From Eledone cirrhosa (taxonomy: Eukaryota): a stretch of DNA of 64,000 nt. The position numbers and the translations under genes were made by a program. The DNA is taken from the NCBI GenBank assembly GCA_964016885.1, contig OZ024743.1, forward strand, positions 222,828,001-222,892,000, read 5' to 3'. The number at the start of each line of letters is the position of its first letter. Within the stretch, counting starts at the first letter, position 1. Positions 50,431 to 63,849 of the stretch are shown here, piece by piece. Under the pieces are notes generated by a model. That model was given only the letters and a program-made list of their open reading frames with translations. It ran no database searches and was not told the DNA's origin.

Positions 50431-51315
50431 TCTGTTAGATAAAAAAAAAAAAGGTGTTAAATCCCACTGATCTCGTGTTTTAAATGAGTTGGACTGATTT
50501 CCTATTAAAGGATGCTTCTTGTCATAAAATGACATGAAAATGACTTTATAACCTGTGACAACAGAGACACTGTCTCACAGACATGTTATTTGTTCCAAAA
50601 AACAAAAAGAAAGATTTTTTTTTTTCTAAATATATATAGTTTATTTTTGTTGTTGCAGTTGTTGTTTATTCTTTTACTTCTTTTAGTCTTAAGACTTTGG
50701 CCATGCTGGGATACAGCCTTAAAGGCATTTAGTTGATCATATGGGACCCCAAGTACTTTTTCTTTTTTCAAGTCTGGTATTTATTTTATCTGTTCTCTTT
50801 TTTCAAATCCTTAAATGATTGAACATAAATAAACAGTAGTTGTAAATACAGATATGGCCACTCTCACCCGCCCCCACACGCACATATACTTATACTCACA
50901 TGCACATACATATATCCACACACACACACATACTCACATACATACACTTTACACACAGATACTCACATACACACTCACTCACTGACACACACACTACACA
51001 CACACATACTCACATACACACACATACTTACATACTTACAAACATATACACACACATATAAATATTATATTTCATAACCCCACCCAACAACAAAATAAAA
51101 GTAAATCAAACATAATAAAACTCAACAAACGAAGTCCTGCCATAAGACAATTACTCACCTACACAATATAACATTTACACAATAAAACAATATCCACTAC
51201 AAGCAAAATGTCATCTGCCTCTTGGTCCTGGCCGACAAAATGAAGAAGATATTGACTCAGAGCAGCAGTTGCAAGAGAAAATTTTGGTGGTCCACAGAAA
51301 AATTTTAATGTATTT

Positions 51316-51710
51316 ATCATCATCATCATCATCATCATTTTACGTCCGCTTTTCCCTGCTTGCAAGGGTGGGACAGGAACTGATTCTGGCTTGATTTCTA
51401 CAGCTGGATGCCCTTCCTAACACCAACCTCATTTACAGTGAGTGCTGGGTGCTTTTTTTCCGTGGCGCCTACATGTCCACTTTACAGTGTGGGCTGCGTG
51501 CTTTTTTGCCGTGGCACCTCCACGACCTCTTTACAGTGGAATGATAGGGACCCCAGTCCCTATCATCTCATTTCTACAGCTGAGTAAACTGGAGCAATGT
51601 GAAATAAAGTGTCTTGCTCAAAGAAATAACACATCACTCGGTCTGAGAATTGAACTCACAACCTTTCGATTGCAAGCCCAATGCTCTAACCACTAAGCCA
51701 TGTGCCTCCA
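51316..51710 (-). mobile_element. Full-length SINE family B with RTE-derived tail, inserted in a small hAT-like MITE
   Basis: Reverse of 56266-56610; flanks carry ggtccacag / ggttggcaaccactg MITE ends. Confidence 0.85.
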
Positions 51711-51802
51711 TTATCTTTTTAAAAAATTCTTATTCGTGGTCCACAGGATTTAAAATTATGAATTTAGTGGTCCGTGAGGTCCGAAAGGTTGGCAACCACT
51801 GC

Positions 51803-52030
51803 TCCAGAGGGTGGTGAGGGAAATGCGCTGGAACAACAACTCAACCTCACGTGGCTCACACCTGTAGGCAGGCAACTCCGCTCCAATAGCAGTGAGTAGG
51901 GATGTAGTCTGGGGGCCAAGAACACCAGAAGTCTCCACTGTTGCAGGCTCTACCACAAACCTATGAGAGAGCAGCCAATACTTGGACAGTTTGTCCTCTT
52001 TGACCTGGCAAGCAGTGAAGCTTAGGTTGG
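51803..52030 (-). pseudogene. CRE-clade retrotransposon fragment (second copy)
   Basis: KLSKYWLLSHRFVVEPATVETSGVLGP..REVELLFQRIS. Confidence 0.75.
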
Positions 52031-52493
52031 TAACTATACACACCAAGCTGCTGCCACACCAAGCTGCTGTCACACCAACCTGCTGTCACAACAAAGGCCA
52101 CTAGAGAAGGTGTCACACAGTTTCTGTCAACCAAATTTCCATCAACCCAAACCTATAACATAAGATACTTAACCTTAACCAAGGTGCCAATCAGGGAGAT
52201 TGAACTCTAACCCATGTGGCTGTGAATTAAACTCCTTAATCACACAGCCTTGACTGCATTAACATCTTTGCTTTGTTTTGTTTTTGTTGTTGTTGTTGTT
52301 GTTGTTTTTTTGCTTTTTTTTTTTTGTTTTGATTTTTGTTTGTTTGTTTTTTTTGCAGTTTGGTTTCTTTTTTCGGAGGGGTTAGTGGGTGCAGTTCTGT
52401 GGGTTTTTTGGGGTTTTTTTTTAATTTTGTGTAAGTTTCTATTTGTTTTTAATATTTCAATTGCTGTGGTTTAATGTCATTATTTGTTCATAG

Positions 52494-52890
52494 TGCGGTG
52501 GATTGGCAGTATTGGTAGAGGGTCAGACGCCATGCTTTGACGTATAGAGTTATGGCCCTTGCCATTCGGAGTTCAAATCCCGCCGAGGTTAACTTTGCTT
52601 TTCATCCTTACGGAGTCGACAAAATAGAGTACCAGTAATGCACTGGGTAATTGCTGGCCTTGTGCCTAACGTAGAAACAATTATTTGTTCACAGGGGGCA
52701 GTGGATTGGCAGTATCGGTAGAGGGTTGGACGCCATTCTTAGCAGCAAAGAGTTACAGCCCTTTATGCTCTGAGTTCATATCCCGCCGAGGTTAACTTTG
52801 CCTTTCATCCTTAATGGGTCAATAAAATAAAGTTCCAGTAATACACTGGGATAATTGCTGGCCTTGTGCCAAAAGTAGAAACAATTATTT
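52494..52890 (+). mobile_element. Two tandem SINE family A copies
   Basis: Both full length. Confidence 0.85.
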
Positions 52891-53334
52891 GTTCACAGGT
52901 TTATCTGACATATTACAGTGATCACAGTAGTATTAGTAGAACTAGTCATCTTACTAGGTCAACAAAGCTAACGACCTCTTTTCAATATAAAAGAATGTGA
53001 GATATGGTTGGTTCATTTTTTTTTTATAGATTTTTCTAGATTTTAGGCTGACTACCAACAGCAGGAGGGAGTGGAAGAAAGTATGATAGATGAAATAATG
53101 TTTTATAATTTCACTCTTAAGCCTTTACATTACTCTATATATGCTATTGTATTTTCATGGTAAATGCTTTATCTTACATAATTATCTCACATAATATCGA
53201 ATCAACAAGATTTTGATGTTATTTATTTTGAGAACAATACTTTAACATCAGTATGAGCGGCCAGTTATGACCAGTTTGAACAGAAAGAGATGTGAGAATT
53301 CTGGCCGGATACAGCCGGTTAAAATGCTAACGGA

Positions 53335-53885
53335 TTAAGCACAAGGTCAGCAATGTGAGGGGATGGGAAAGCTGCTTAAATCAGCCCAGTACTTGATCCA
53401 TAGAAGGATGAAAGGTATAGTTGACTTTGGTGGGATTTGAACTCAAAACATAAGGGGCATAACTGAATGCTGCAACACATTTCTTCCAATACTCTAATGA
53501 ATCCATGACACTAATAATAGATGAAGTAATGATTTCTTATTTAAGCACAAGGCCAGCAATTTTGGGGTAGGAAAAACATAAAGAACCATAAAGAACCATA
53601 ACTAAAGTAAATGCTGCAATGCATGTTGTCTGACGCTCTACTGATTCTGCCAATCGACTGCCCTAATATTGGTTTCTGATTTAGGCACAAAGACAACAAT
53701 TTTTGGGAGAAAGGAAAAGTCGATTAAATCGACCCCAGTGCATTACTGGTACTTTATTTTATCTACCCCATAAGGATGAAAGGCAAAAGTAACCTCGGTG
53801 GGATTTGAACTCAGAACATAAAGGGATGTAGCTATATGCTGCAAACCATGTTGTCCGACACTCTACCGATTCTGCCAATCCACCA
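53335..53885 (-). mobile_element. Cluster of SINE family A copies
   Basis: Three reverse copies of differing completeness. Confidence 0.8.
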
Positions 53886-54104
53886 GCCCTTCCTAATAAT
53901 GGATGAAATAATAACATCATCAATGTAAACATCATTGTCACTATATTAACTCTTTCATAGATCAGAGCAGTCATTGGCAATGGGAAAGAGTTACTATTAT
54001 GTATATGTGTATTATGTGTATCTGTATGTGTGTGTGGGGGGGGGGGGGGGGGGGGTCATCATCATTTTATATCCACAGTCCATGCTTGTCATGTTCGTGA
54101 TCTA

Positions 54105-55700
54105 TTTCATTTTGGTGGTAAATATTACACTGGTTTCACTTTGGTGGTAAATATTACACCAGTTTCATTTTGGTGGTAAATATTACACTGGTTTCACTTT
54201 GGTGGTAAATATTACACCAGTTTCATTTTGGAGGTAAATATTACACTGGTTTCATTTTGGTGGTGAATATTACACTGGTTTCATTTTGGAGATGAATATT
54301 ACACTGGTTTCACTTTGGAAGTGAATATTACACCAGTTTCATTTTGGTGGTGAATATTACACTGGTTTCATTTTGGAGATGAATATTACACTGGTTTCAC
54401 TTTGGAAGTGAATATTACACCAGTTTCATTTTGGTGGTGAATATTACACTGGTTTCATTTTGGAGATGAATATTACACTGGTTTCACTTTGGAAGTGAAT
54501 ATTACACCAGTTTCATTTTGGTGGTGAATATTACACTGGTTTCATTTTGGAGATGAATATTACACTGGTTTCACTTTGGAAGTGAATATTACACCAGTTT
54601 CATTTTGGTGGTGAATATTACACTGGTTTCATTTTGGAGATGAATATTACACTGGTTTCACTTTGGAAGTGAATATTACACCAGTTTCATTTTGGTGGTG
54701 AATATTACACTGGTTTCATTTTGGAGATGAATATTACACTGGTTTCACTTTGGAAGTGAATATTACACCAGTTTCATTTTGGTGGTGAATATTACACTGG
54801 TTTCATTTTGGAGATGAATATTACACTGGTTTCACTTTGGAAGTGAATATTACACCAGTTTCATTTTGGTGGTGAATATTACACTGGTTTCATTTTGGAG
54901 ATGAATATTACACTGGTTTCACTTTGGAGGTAAATATTACACCAGTTTCATTTTGGAGATGAATATTACACCAGTTTCATTTTGGAGATGAATATTACAC
55001 TGGTTTCATTTTGGAGATGAATATTACACTGGTTTCATTTTGGAGATGAATATTACACTGGTTTCATTTTGGAGATGAATATTACACTGGTTTCATTTTG
55101 GAGATGAATATTACACTGGTTTCATTTTGGAGGTAAATATTACACTGGTTTCACTTTGGAAGTGAATATTACACTGGTTTCATTTTGGAGGTAAATATTA
55201 CACCAGTTTTATTTTGGAGATGAATATTACACCAGTTTCATTTTGGAGATGAATATTACACCAGTTTCATTTCGGAGATGAATATTACACTGGTTTCATT
55301 TTGGAGATGAATATTACACTGGTTTCATTTTGGAGGTAAATATTACACTGGTTTCATTTTTTAGGTAAATATTACACTGGTTTCACTTTGGAGGTGAATA
55401 TTACATCATCATCATCATCGTTTAACGTCCGCTTTTCCCTGCTTGCAAGGATGGACCGGTTTCATTTTGGAGGTGAATATTACACAAGTTTCACTTTGGG
55501 AGTGAATATTACACTGGTTCCACTTTGGGGGTGAATATTACACCAGTTTCATTTTGGGAGTGAATGTTACACCAGTTTCATTTTGGGAGTGAATGTTACA
55601 CTGGTTTCATTTTGGTGGTGAATATTACACTGGTTTCACTTTGGAAGGGAATATTACACCGGTTTCACTTTGGAGGTGAATATTACACTGGTTTCACTTT
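54105..55700. repeat. 29-bp minisatellite (~50 copies) with an 87-bp higher-order repeat
   Basis: Unit gtttcattttggtggtgaatattacactg; a ggtggtg/ggagatg/ggaagtg triplet cycle over ~54250-54930; RTE/SINE tail insertion at ~55405-55455. Confidence 0.95.
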
Positions 55701-55709
55701 CAACATGTA

Positions 55710-56016
55710 ATTAATTTTTCCTATTGTTTACGATGTGTTTTGAATGAATATAGCCTTCAAAACAATTAAAAATTGGTAAAAAATCATTACATAATGAAGT
55801 TGTGAAACAAAAGCTATTCTCTGAATGACAGTTAAAACATTTTAAATATCAAAATACTAAAACTGCATAAATATATTCTCCACTCATGAGAATTTCAAAA
55901 CCGTGCCATCTAAACATAACGTGTTGATTACCTGCCTTGGCTTATAAACAGTCTTTGGATTTTTGCCCATTTCTCAGACATAAAATAGGAGGTTGGCTTA
56001 TATTGAGTATATACAG
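55710..56016 (-). mobile_element. Second copy of the pogo-type MITE (partial)
   Basis: Reverse complement of ~4775-5050; ends gagtatatacag|TA. Confidence 0.75.
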
Positions 56017-56265
56017 TACTTACATACTCACACACACAAACATCATCATCACAGTTTAACATCTATTTTCCATGCTTATTGTCATATACTGAGGCTCAAC
56101 TGTTCAGGTGACCATGTCTTGCCTGTATACTCTATTTTGATCTTGGTCTCAATGACAGGACTTCTTTCCTGAAGCCAACCACTTTACAGCATGTACTAGG
56201 ATCATTTTATCATGACTCCTGAACTACCACCTTACAGAGAGAGGGTTGGTTGATTTCTACTTGTT

Positions 56266-56610
56266 GAGGCACATGGCTTAGTGGTTAGAGCATTGGCCTT
56301 GCAATCGAAAGGTTGTGAGTTCAATTCTCAGACCGGGTGATGTGTTGTTTCCTTGAGCAAGACACTTTATTTCACATTGCTCCAGTTTACTCAGCTGTAG
56401 AAATGAGATGATAGGGACTGGGGTCCATATCATTCCACTCCAAAGTGGTCGTGGAGGTGCCACGGCAAAAAAGCACCCAGCACTCACTGTAAATGAGGTT
56501 GGTGTTAGGAAGGGCATCCAGCTGTAGAAATCAAGCCAGAATCAGTTCCCGTCCCACCCTTGCAAGCAGGGAAAAGTGGACGTAAAATGAAATGATGATG
56601 ATGATGATGA
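56266..56610 (+). mobile_element. Full-length SINE family B: tRNA head, CORE-like domain, RTE tail
   Basis: tggcttagtggtt (A box), gagttcaattc (B box), ccttgagcaagacacttt core, tail shared with RTE elements, (TGA)n end. Confidence 0.88.
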
Positions 56611-58071
56611 GGGAGGGGGTGTCATACCACCATCGGAAAGTACCAGGTCAAAGCGGTGGCCAGGAAGAGAGTGAGTTACATCTGGCAGTATATTTTGAGA
56701 CATGCCTGACTCTCCCTGCTACCATTGGTTGGACAAGAAAAGTCAATCAAGGATGTCGGTGTGAGTAGGATAGTAGTTGCGACAGGCAGATAGTATCATA
56801 ATCAAATGAGATATTTTGATGTTTACACCTTTCCCAAAAGCATTAGTAACTTAATTTTTAAAAAGTTAGCTTCAATTGGGAGTGTAAATGATGTCACGAT
56901 CTCAGCTTGCCAAGAGTTTATCTTGATGTTCTCTCTAGTTCTTGTCCCAATTTTTATATCATGATTATTTTGATATTTATTATGGGTACATACCTGACAT
57001 TAATTAGTTATGATCATGAACACATTATCTTGGTGAAGTGGATCACAAAAGACCAGATATTTTTGTTGAAGTATTTGATTGACTGTTGTTAGATCTTAAA
57101 GATATATTAATTTATTTATTAATTAAATGTTTCTCTGGCATTGCTCCAGTGGCAGGATTACTCCCCAGTAAACTAGAGCTGATCAGGAAGTGATGTATCT
57201 ATGGATGGTAGATAGTGGAGTAGTCTTCAGATAAGGAAGTTAGCTGGAAATAAGGCCTAGCCAAATAAACATTCATGAATCAACAGTGGCTATGGCACTA
57301 CTCCCATTATTTCTAATCTACTTCATACCAAAAAGGCTCACCTACTTCAACTCTCAACTTGTTATTCTCAAACTAACAGCTCAGGTGACTGACTATAACT
57401 ATCTCTTGATGCATTCTAAGTTATTGAACTGCACTTGGTCCTATCCATGCTAGTGTGGAAAATGGATGTTAAATGATGATGATGATGATGACTTCCCGCG
57501 ATTCTCCATCTGTCTTGCTTAATTGTTGAGTGATATGAGCATGGTGAGCTTCAATATAAGGTGACTCAAAAAATTATCATCATCATTTAATGGATAGATC
57601 ATCACAGACTAACTACTTAATCAGAACTACTGCCCTCTCAGATGGGCTAGGGGCCTGCTTCTAACAGCTCTTTAAAGATGGTTCTGGATGTATTTTATCA
57701 TGGCACCAGTATTATAGAAGTTGTTATATCCTTGACATAACTGAAGGGCCCTCTCAATGTTTTCTTCAGCTAGGTGTCCTTCCTAAAGCCAACCAATTTA
57801 CAGAGTGTCATGTTGTACAACAGATTTGTACAATCCAAGCCTCTTTGGAAATATGGACATTGGAATATGTTGCTAATGGTAACATTCACCGCTGGCCAAA
57901 TATTGGAGATAGGAAGTTCAGAGTAGTGGTCAGTAAAGTTTTCAGCTTAAGAAATACGATTAAAAAATACACAACATATTGAGCACTATTTTGTCTCCCT
58001 TTGTTCACACAGGTCTTTGTACTAAAACAAAATATAATACACACACACATACACATACACACTCACACACT

Positions 58072-58320
58072 CAGGGGCAATGGAAGCATTTCTGAATTGG
58101 AGGCGGGGGCGGGGGGAAATTCTATCAATTTAGTAATAGTGATTAGTATAGCTGTTATTATCAAATATCAACCTAGATATAAAAAAAACTTTGAAATGCA
58201 ATAAACATAACATGTACATAAATTGTAGCCTATATACAAATAGATGTGTTTTGGTAGTTTGGGGAGGAAAATATCATTATTGAGGATGGGAGATGCCCCT
58301 CACCAGTTCCACCACCCCTG
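58072..58320. mobile_element. hAT-like MITE
   Basis: caggggcaatggaa ... ttccaccacccctg imperfect TIRs. Confidence 0.55.
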
Positions 58321-58382
58321 ACACATACATACACACACACATTCACGTGTGTGCACATACACACTCATAAATCATTATATAT

Positions 58383-58600
58383 TTAACCCTTTAGCATTCA
58401 CATTACTCTATATATACTATTATATTTTCATGGTAAATGCTTTATCTCACATAATTATCTCATATAATATCGAATCTATGAGATTTTGAAAGTATTTATT
58501 TTGAGAACAATACCTTAACATCAGTTTGAGTGACCAGTTTCAACAGAAAAAGGTAGAGAATTCTGGCCGGTTTTGGCTGGTTTGGACATTAAAGGGTTAA
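58383..58600. mobile_element. piggyBac-like MITE
   Basis: TTAA CCCTTT ... AAAGGG TTAA. Confidence 0.8.
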
Positions 58601-59149
58601 GTAATTTATAAATTTATATAAAACTATAATCCATTAAGGTTCAGTAATGCACCTGTCTGAGGTTCGTGCCCTTGGTGTCTGCCTAGTTGGCTTTAATGAT
58701 AGCACCAGTCCTGGCCATGACACCCAGGTCGGCCTTGATTAAGCCGACCTATGATAAAATATATTCCGGCTGTGAACATGGTAAGGTGGGATTTTACTGA
58801 GACACAGTGCATCAGGAGTAATTGGATTGTTCAATGAGTGGTTCTCTTCTTAACCCTTTACCATTTACACTCTGTATCTACTATTATATTTTCACAGAAG
58901 AAAAGTTTTATCTCCCAGAATATCGAATCTATGAAATTTTAATATTATTTTTTTGTTGAGAACAATACCTTAACATCAGAATGAGTGGCCGGTTAAGGCT
59001 ATTTTGAACAGAAAGAGATGAGAAAATGCTAAAGTGGGATTTGATTTGACAACAATTTGGCTGCTATTTTTAGCAGCCACCCAACATGTTCCTGCATATT
59101 GTTGTTTGGTAACTGAAGAAAAAAATGGTTAAACACCAACACCAACACC

Positions 59150-59930
59150 AACCCAACTACCGCCACCACCACAACCAACCATCACAACTACCACCACAAA
59201 CAACAACAACAACAACAACCACCACCATCAACACCACCGACACAACCACCACTAACACCACAATGACACCACCACCACCACCAACCAACAACAATAACAA
59301 CGCCGACTAAGAGCCACCACCACCAACCTCCACTACTAAATCCACCTCCACCACCAAGCTTCAGTCTCCACCACACCCAATACTCACATACATATATAAA
59401 CAGACACACGTATGCATATAAATACATACACACATGTATATATCTATAAAAACACACACACAAGCACATTCATATACACACATACACACACTCACACATT
59501 CACACACACATACGCTCACACACACACACACACACACACACAAACTCACACATGCACATATACACACTCACACACACACACACACATACACATAGACAAA
59601 AAGAATAGGAAAGCAATTATTGTAAACCAATTAAAATAACAGGATGCTGTAACTGAGTATTTTAGTGTGATGTATGAGAGAGGGGTGAGAGGGGGAGTGT
59701 GTATGTGTGAAAGAGAGAGGGTGTGTGTGAGAGAGAGAGAGATGGTGTGTGTGAAAGAGAGAGGGTGTGAGAGAGAGAGAGGGTGTGTGTATGAGAGAGA
59801 AAGAGAGGGTGTATGTGTGAGAGAGGGAGAGTGTGAGAGAGAGAGAGAGAGAGAGAGAGGTGTGTGTGAGTGCAAGAGAGAGGGTATGTGTGAGAGAGAG
59901 AGTAAGAGGAGAATGTGTAAGAGGGAGGAG
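59150..59930. repeat. (ACC/ACA)n, (CA)n and (GA/GT)n simple repeats
   Basis: Directly visible. Confidence 0.9.
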
Positions 59931-59979
59931 TGTATCATCATCATTATTTTTACATTGGGGAGGGGTCCATGTTTTCATG

Positions 59980-60300
59980 GGTTGGACGGGTCCTTCTCAG
60001 CCTAGCATCACTCCATTTGCTGCATTCCTTCGTCATCTCCTTTGTGAGTCTCAGTGATTTGGGATCAGTTCTCACCACCTTTGCCCATGTTTTTCTTGGT
60101 CTACCTCTACAGCAGTTTCCCTCCACTAGAATTTCTTGGCATTTCTACACCCGGTGATCATCATTCATACACACCACATGTCCGTACAAATGCAGTCTTT
60201 TCTCTTGCAAACCACTTCAGATACCTCTTAAACCCAGTTCCTCCCTCAGTTCATCAAAGCTTTTCCTTTCTCTCACATTTACATTTCACATCCAATGAAG
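59980..60300 (-). pseudogene. Degenerate RTE 3' remnant
   Basis: Similar to 48420-48730. Confidence 0.65.
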
Positions 60301-61094
60301 CTGTATGCAGAGAATACTTGGGGAAGAGGGAGATGTTTTATCTTAAATAAACCTACACAGAGGAACTAACTATTGAAATTGTCAGCAATATGATTGAAAG
60401 AATGATTTAGTCAGTGTATGAAAGCAGTGAAAGTAGCTGGACTCATCAGGGATGGTCACTTGGAGACAGAAAATACCTGGTGAAGTAGGATATGTACCAG
60501 TCATTTGTATAGGCAATCATCTGGTTCAGGGAACTATCATACCTAATATCTTTTAGACCCCTTTGGTCAGGGCTTACCATGGGATTAACACCTAGAAAGT
60601 ACCTCTCTAAGACATTAGACACTGGGTAAGGTGTTTTAAGGAGGACCAGCAGTCGTCCGTGCATATTAGCCTTCCCTTCTCCATACCACCAATGTTGTCC
60701 GAGGGAAAGGCAAAGACCGATACAGCTTGGAACCAGTGACATCACAACTCATTTTTTTCCAGCTGAGTGAACTGGAGCAACGTGAAATAAAGTGTCTTGT
60801 TTAAGGACACAAGCTAACAGATCTAAGATTCAAACTCTCAATCTCATGGTTGTGAGCTCAACATTAACTACTAAACCACTTGACTTCATGACTGTCATAA
60901 CAATATCATCATCAACTGTTATAAGTGACTCTAGAGGTATTAGATAGATGGACAAAGTTATGAAAAGAATAGAAAGAATTATAGCACAACTAATTACAGA
61001 AAGAGAGAAACAAATTATACAGTGAAAATTTGGCGAGGGGAAGTGAGGAACATACTTTACTACTCAGTGTAGGTTATATATCTTAGGTTATATA

Positions 61095-63338
61095 TTTAGC
61101 AGTTAATATAAGTTATTGTTAGTAGCGCCACAAGTAACCAGTTCGGTAGAAAGATGTGGTAAGAACATCGACAACGACTTTGGCTTGTTTTACATTATTT
61201 ATTAACAAGGTTGAGCTGTGTAGAGCTGAGTAGAGCAGGCATGCCAAGAGTAATAAAACAAACGAATTAAGAATTTCAGAAGGCACGGTCCACTCGCTGA
61301 AGTGTTGCCAGGCCGTGGTTAAATTGTTGTGTTACATATTGGCTAGTGATTTCACGACGAAAGAAAGTTAGTTGTTTACTTTTTCACAGTCAGGATGCAA
61401 GAGAGAGATTTCTCGAATCGACGCGGGAATTTTTCCTCAGGGCACGTAGAGATACATTCTCCTCTGCTGGCGGTCAAGAGTTGGGCTGAGCCAAATAACG
61501 CACGGAGAATGTATGTGAGCCCGCGGAATGTAGGTCACTACAATAGCCCCCTCCTAGTCGTAAGACGATACAGATTATTGAATCAGCAGGAAAAATGCTG
61601 AAAGAGCACATCAGTGAAAAAAAAATAATTGAACAGAAGGATGCATGCAAGAAGAAAAATGAGGCGCTAAGGGCCGTGTTGAGCCGCTGTGTCAAATGAC
61701 TAGCTGTTTTGTAGTTTATACGTGACCACCAAGGGTCTAACAGAAAACGGATAAAGTCTGATATGGGCGAAGTTGCTGTTCTTGCATTAAATATTAATGG
61801 TAAGTGTTGTACCAGTAGCTGTGGATGAAGCTGTTATGGAAGTTTACCAGTAGGTATTGTCAATTATGGTGCTGGGCAGCCAAGAAAAAAGCAAATTGAA
61901 TCTGTAGGTGGGTAGTAGTTGAAATGTAAATTCCATAATTCTGGCGAATCCATAGAAATGGTGGAAATGCTGACAGGTCCAGTTCCATTTGTTGTTTTCC
62001 CAGTGAGTCTGGTAAAGTAACAAGATGGAGGTTGCTATGGACGATGAGTGTGCAACGAGATGCGAAACTGTTTGAGTCCAGCTGCAATTAGCATTCTCGT
62101 GTTGCGGTGCAGGTGAATTAACCTGCAAAGTGTCGATAGCATGTTTTGGTACCTCCACAAGGTGAGAAGGGGTCTCGCAGGATATTACGACGCAGAATAT
62201 CATATACTAAGGACAACAACATGTTGGTGTGTGTCAAAGAAACGTGTGTGCATATGCAGGCATGTAATACAGCAAAGACAATGTGTGCGTGCAGTCATAT
62301 ATATAATGATAGAGAGAAAAAAAATGAATTTTCATATAATAGTTTTTAAAAAAATAAATGTCCAAACATTGCCTGCAAAACACAAAAGAAAGAAATAATT
62401 GTTTCTTAACACAAAGTTCGCTTTTTCTTTTCTTTGAAATTTCTTTGGGATCGATCTTACTAGGAAGCTAGTAGAGTTGTTTTGTTGATGTTGTTATCGA
62501 AACGAAATCACAGTAATCCTCTGTAGAATCGAAGTCGAATTCACCATGCGTTGTCTATGGTTAGTGGCTAACCAATATTGTCGCTGCTGCTGATGGCGGC
62601 GAAGTTGTCATTGCAGCCGTATCGAAGCTGTGGTAGTCACCGTAGTGGGAAATGTGTTACCAGAGGCTTTAGGTGACTGCTATTCGTTGTGGTGGTAGTT
62701 GCGGCGGTATAACTACAAAGGTGTCACTATGCTGCGTCAGTTGCTGCTGATGGCCGGTAGTAGAGAAGTACTTGGTGGTAGCCATTTTGAAATTTCCTCG
62801 TGGCGAAAATTTTTTGAAATACTGCTAATTTTTTTTTATTTTAAAAGGAATATTTTGTATTTAAAATATTCCTCACGTCAGGTCACCAATTTAGCAGTTA
62901 AGATATGTTATTGTTAGTAGCGCCACAAGTAACCAGTTCGGTAGAAAGATGTGGTAAGAACATCGACAACGACTTTGGCTTGTTTTACATTATTTATTAA
63001 CAAGGTTGAGCTGTGTAGAGCTGAGTAGAGCAGGCATGCCAAGAGTAATAAAACAAACGAATTAAGAATTTCAGAAGGCACGGTCCACTCGCTGAAGTGT
63101 TGCCAGGCCGTGGTTAAATTGTTGTGTTACATATTGGCTAGTGATTTCACGACGAAAGAAAGTTAGTTGTTTACTTTTTCACAGTCAGGATGCAAGAGAG
63201 AGATTTCTCGAATCGACGCGGGAATTTTTCCCTCGGGGTGCGTAGAGATACATTCTCCTCCGCTGGCGGTCATTGGCTGGGCTGAGCCAAATAACTCACG
63301 GAGAATGTATGTGAGCCCACGGAATGTAGGTCACTACA
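61095..63338 (-). mobile_element. Non-autonomous LTR retrotransposon (TRIM/LARD-like, 2.24 kb)
   Basis: Direct LTRs 62890-63338 and 61095-61542 (minus strand TGTAG...CTAAA); PBS TGGTGACCTGACGTGA at 62873-62888; PPT AGGAGGGGG at ~61547-61555; TATA/TATATA flanks; no pol ORF. Confidence 0.9.
62873..62888 (-). promoter_or_regulatory. Primer-binding site, tRNA-Trp-like
   Basis: Nearly complementary to the eukaryotic tRNA-Trp 3' end (..UCACGUCGGGGUCACCA), 1 nt from the 5' LTR. Confidence 0.8.
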
Positions 63339-63849
63339 TATATATCTCAGCTGTACCCTGCACCTCCTGCAGACAAGATGGTGAAAGGATTGCTGTAGTA
63401 AAGATTAAACAGTGATACATGCTGTATCAACCATGGGGCTCCTTCCTCAGCTTGGATGCAGTCTGGAGGGTGGGGAGCAGAGACTAAGGACATAGATGTC
63501 TGAATGATGTAGTCATGACAGTGACAAGCCTCCTGCCCCCCCCCCTCCCCAATATATGACAGAGAATGAATTTAGATGAGATGTACACATACACACACTT
63601 ATACACACACATATGTAAACACACATATACATAAACAACCCACCTACTTACATATGTAGAGACAATATACACATTCTGCCTCACACACTCTCTTTCTCTT
63701 ATACACACACTCTCTTATATGTACACAGGACCTTGCAAACACATGTTCTCTCATTCACACACACAATCTCATACACACTCTCTTATAAATACACACACTG
63801 CCTCATACACTCATCCCACAACATATATACACAGATATAGCACAGCTAA

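Noticed and set aside
51159-51227. Possible minus-strand exon (cag acceptor, GTGAGT donor)
   Set aside because: Stops in all frames and no recognisable partner exons; at most non-coding.
56266-56340. tRNA genes at SINE heads
   Set aside because: A and B boxes are present, but there is no complete cloverleaf and the sequence continues into the SINE body.
61095-63338. Retrozyme (hammerhead-containing LTR element)
   Set aside because: I found no CUGANGA/GAAA core in either LTR strand.
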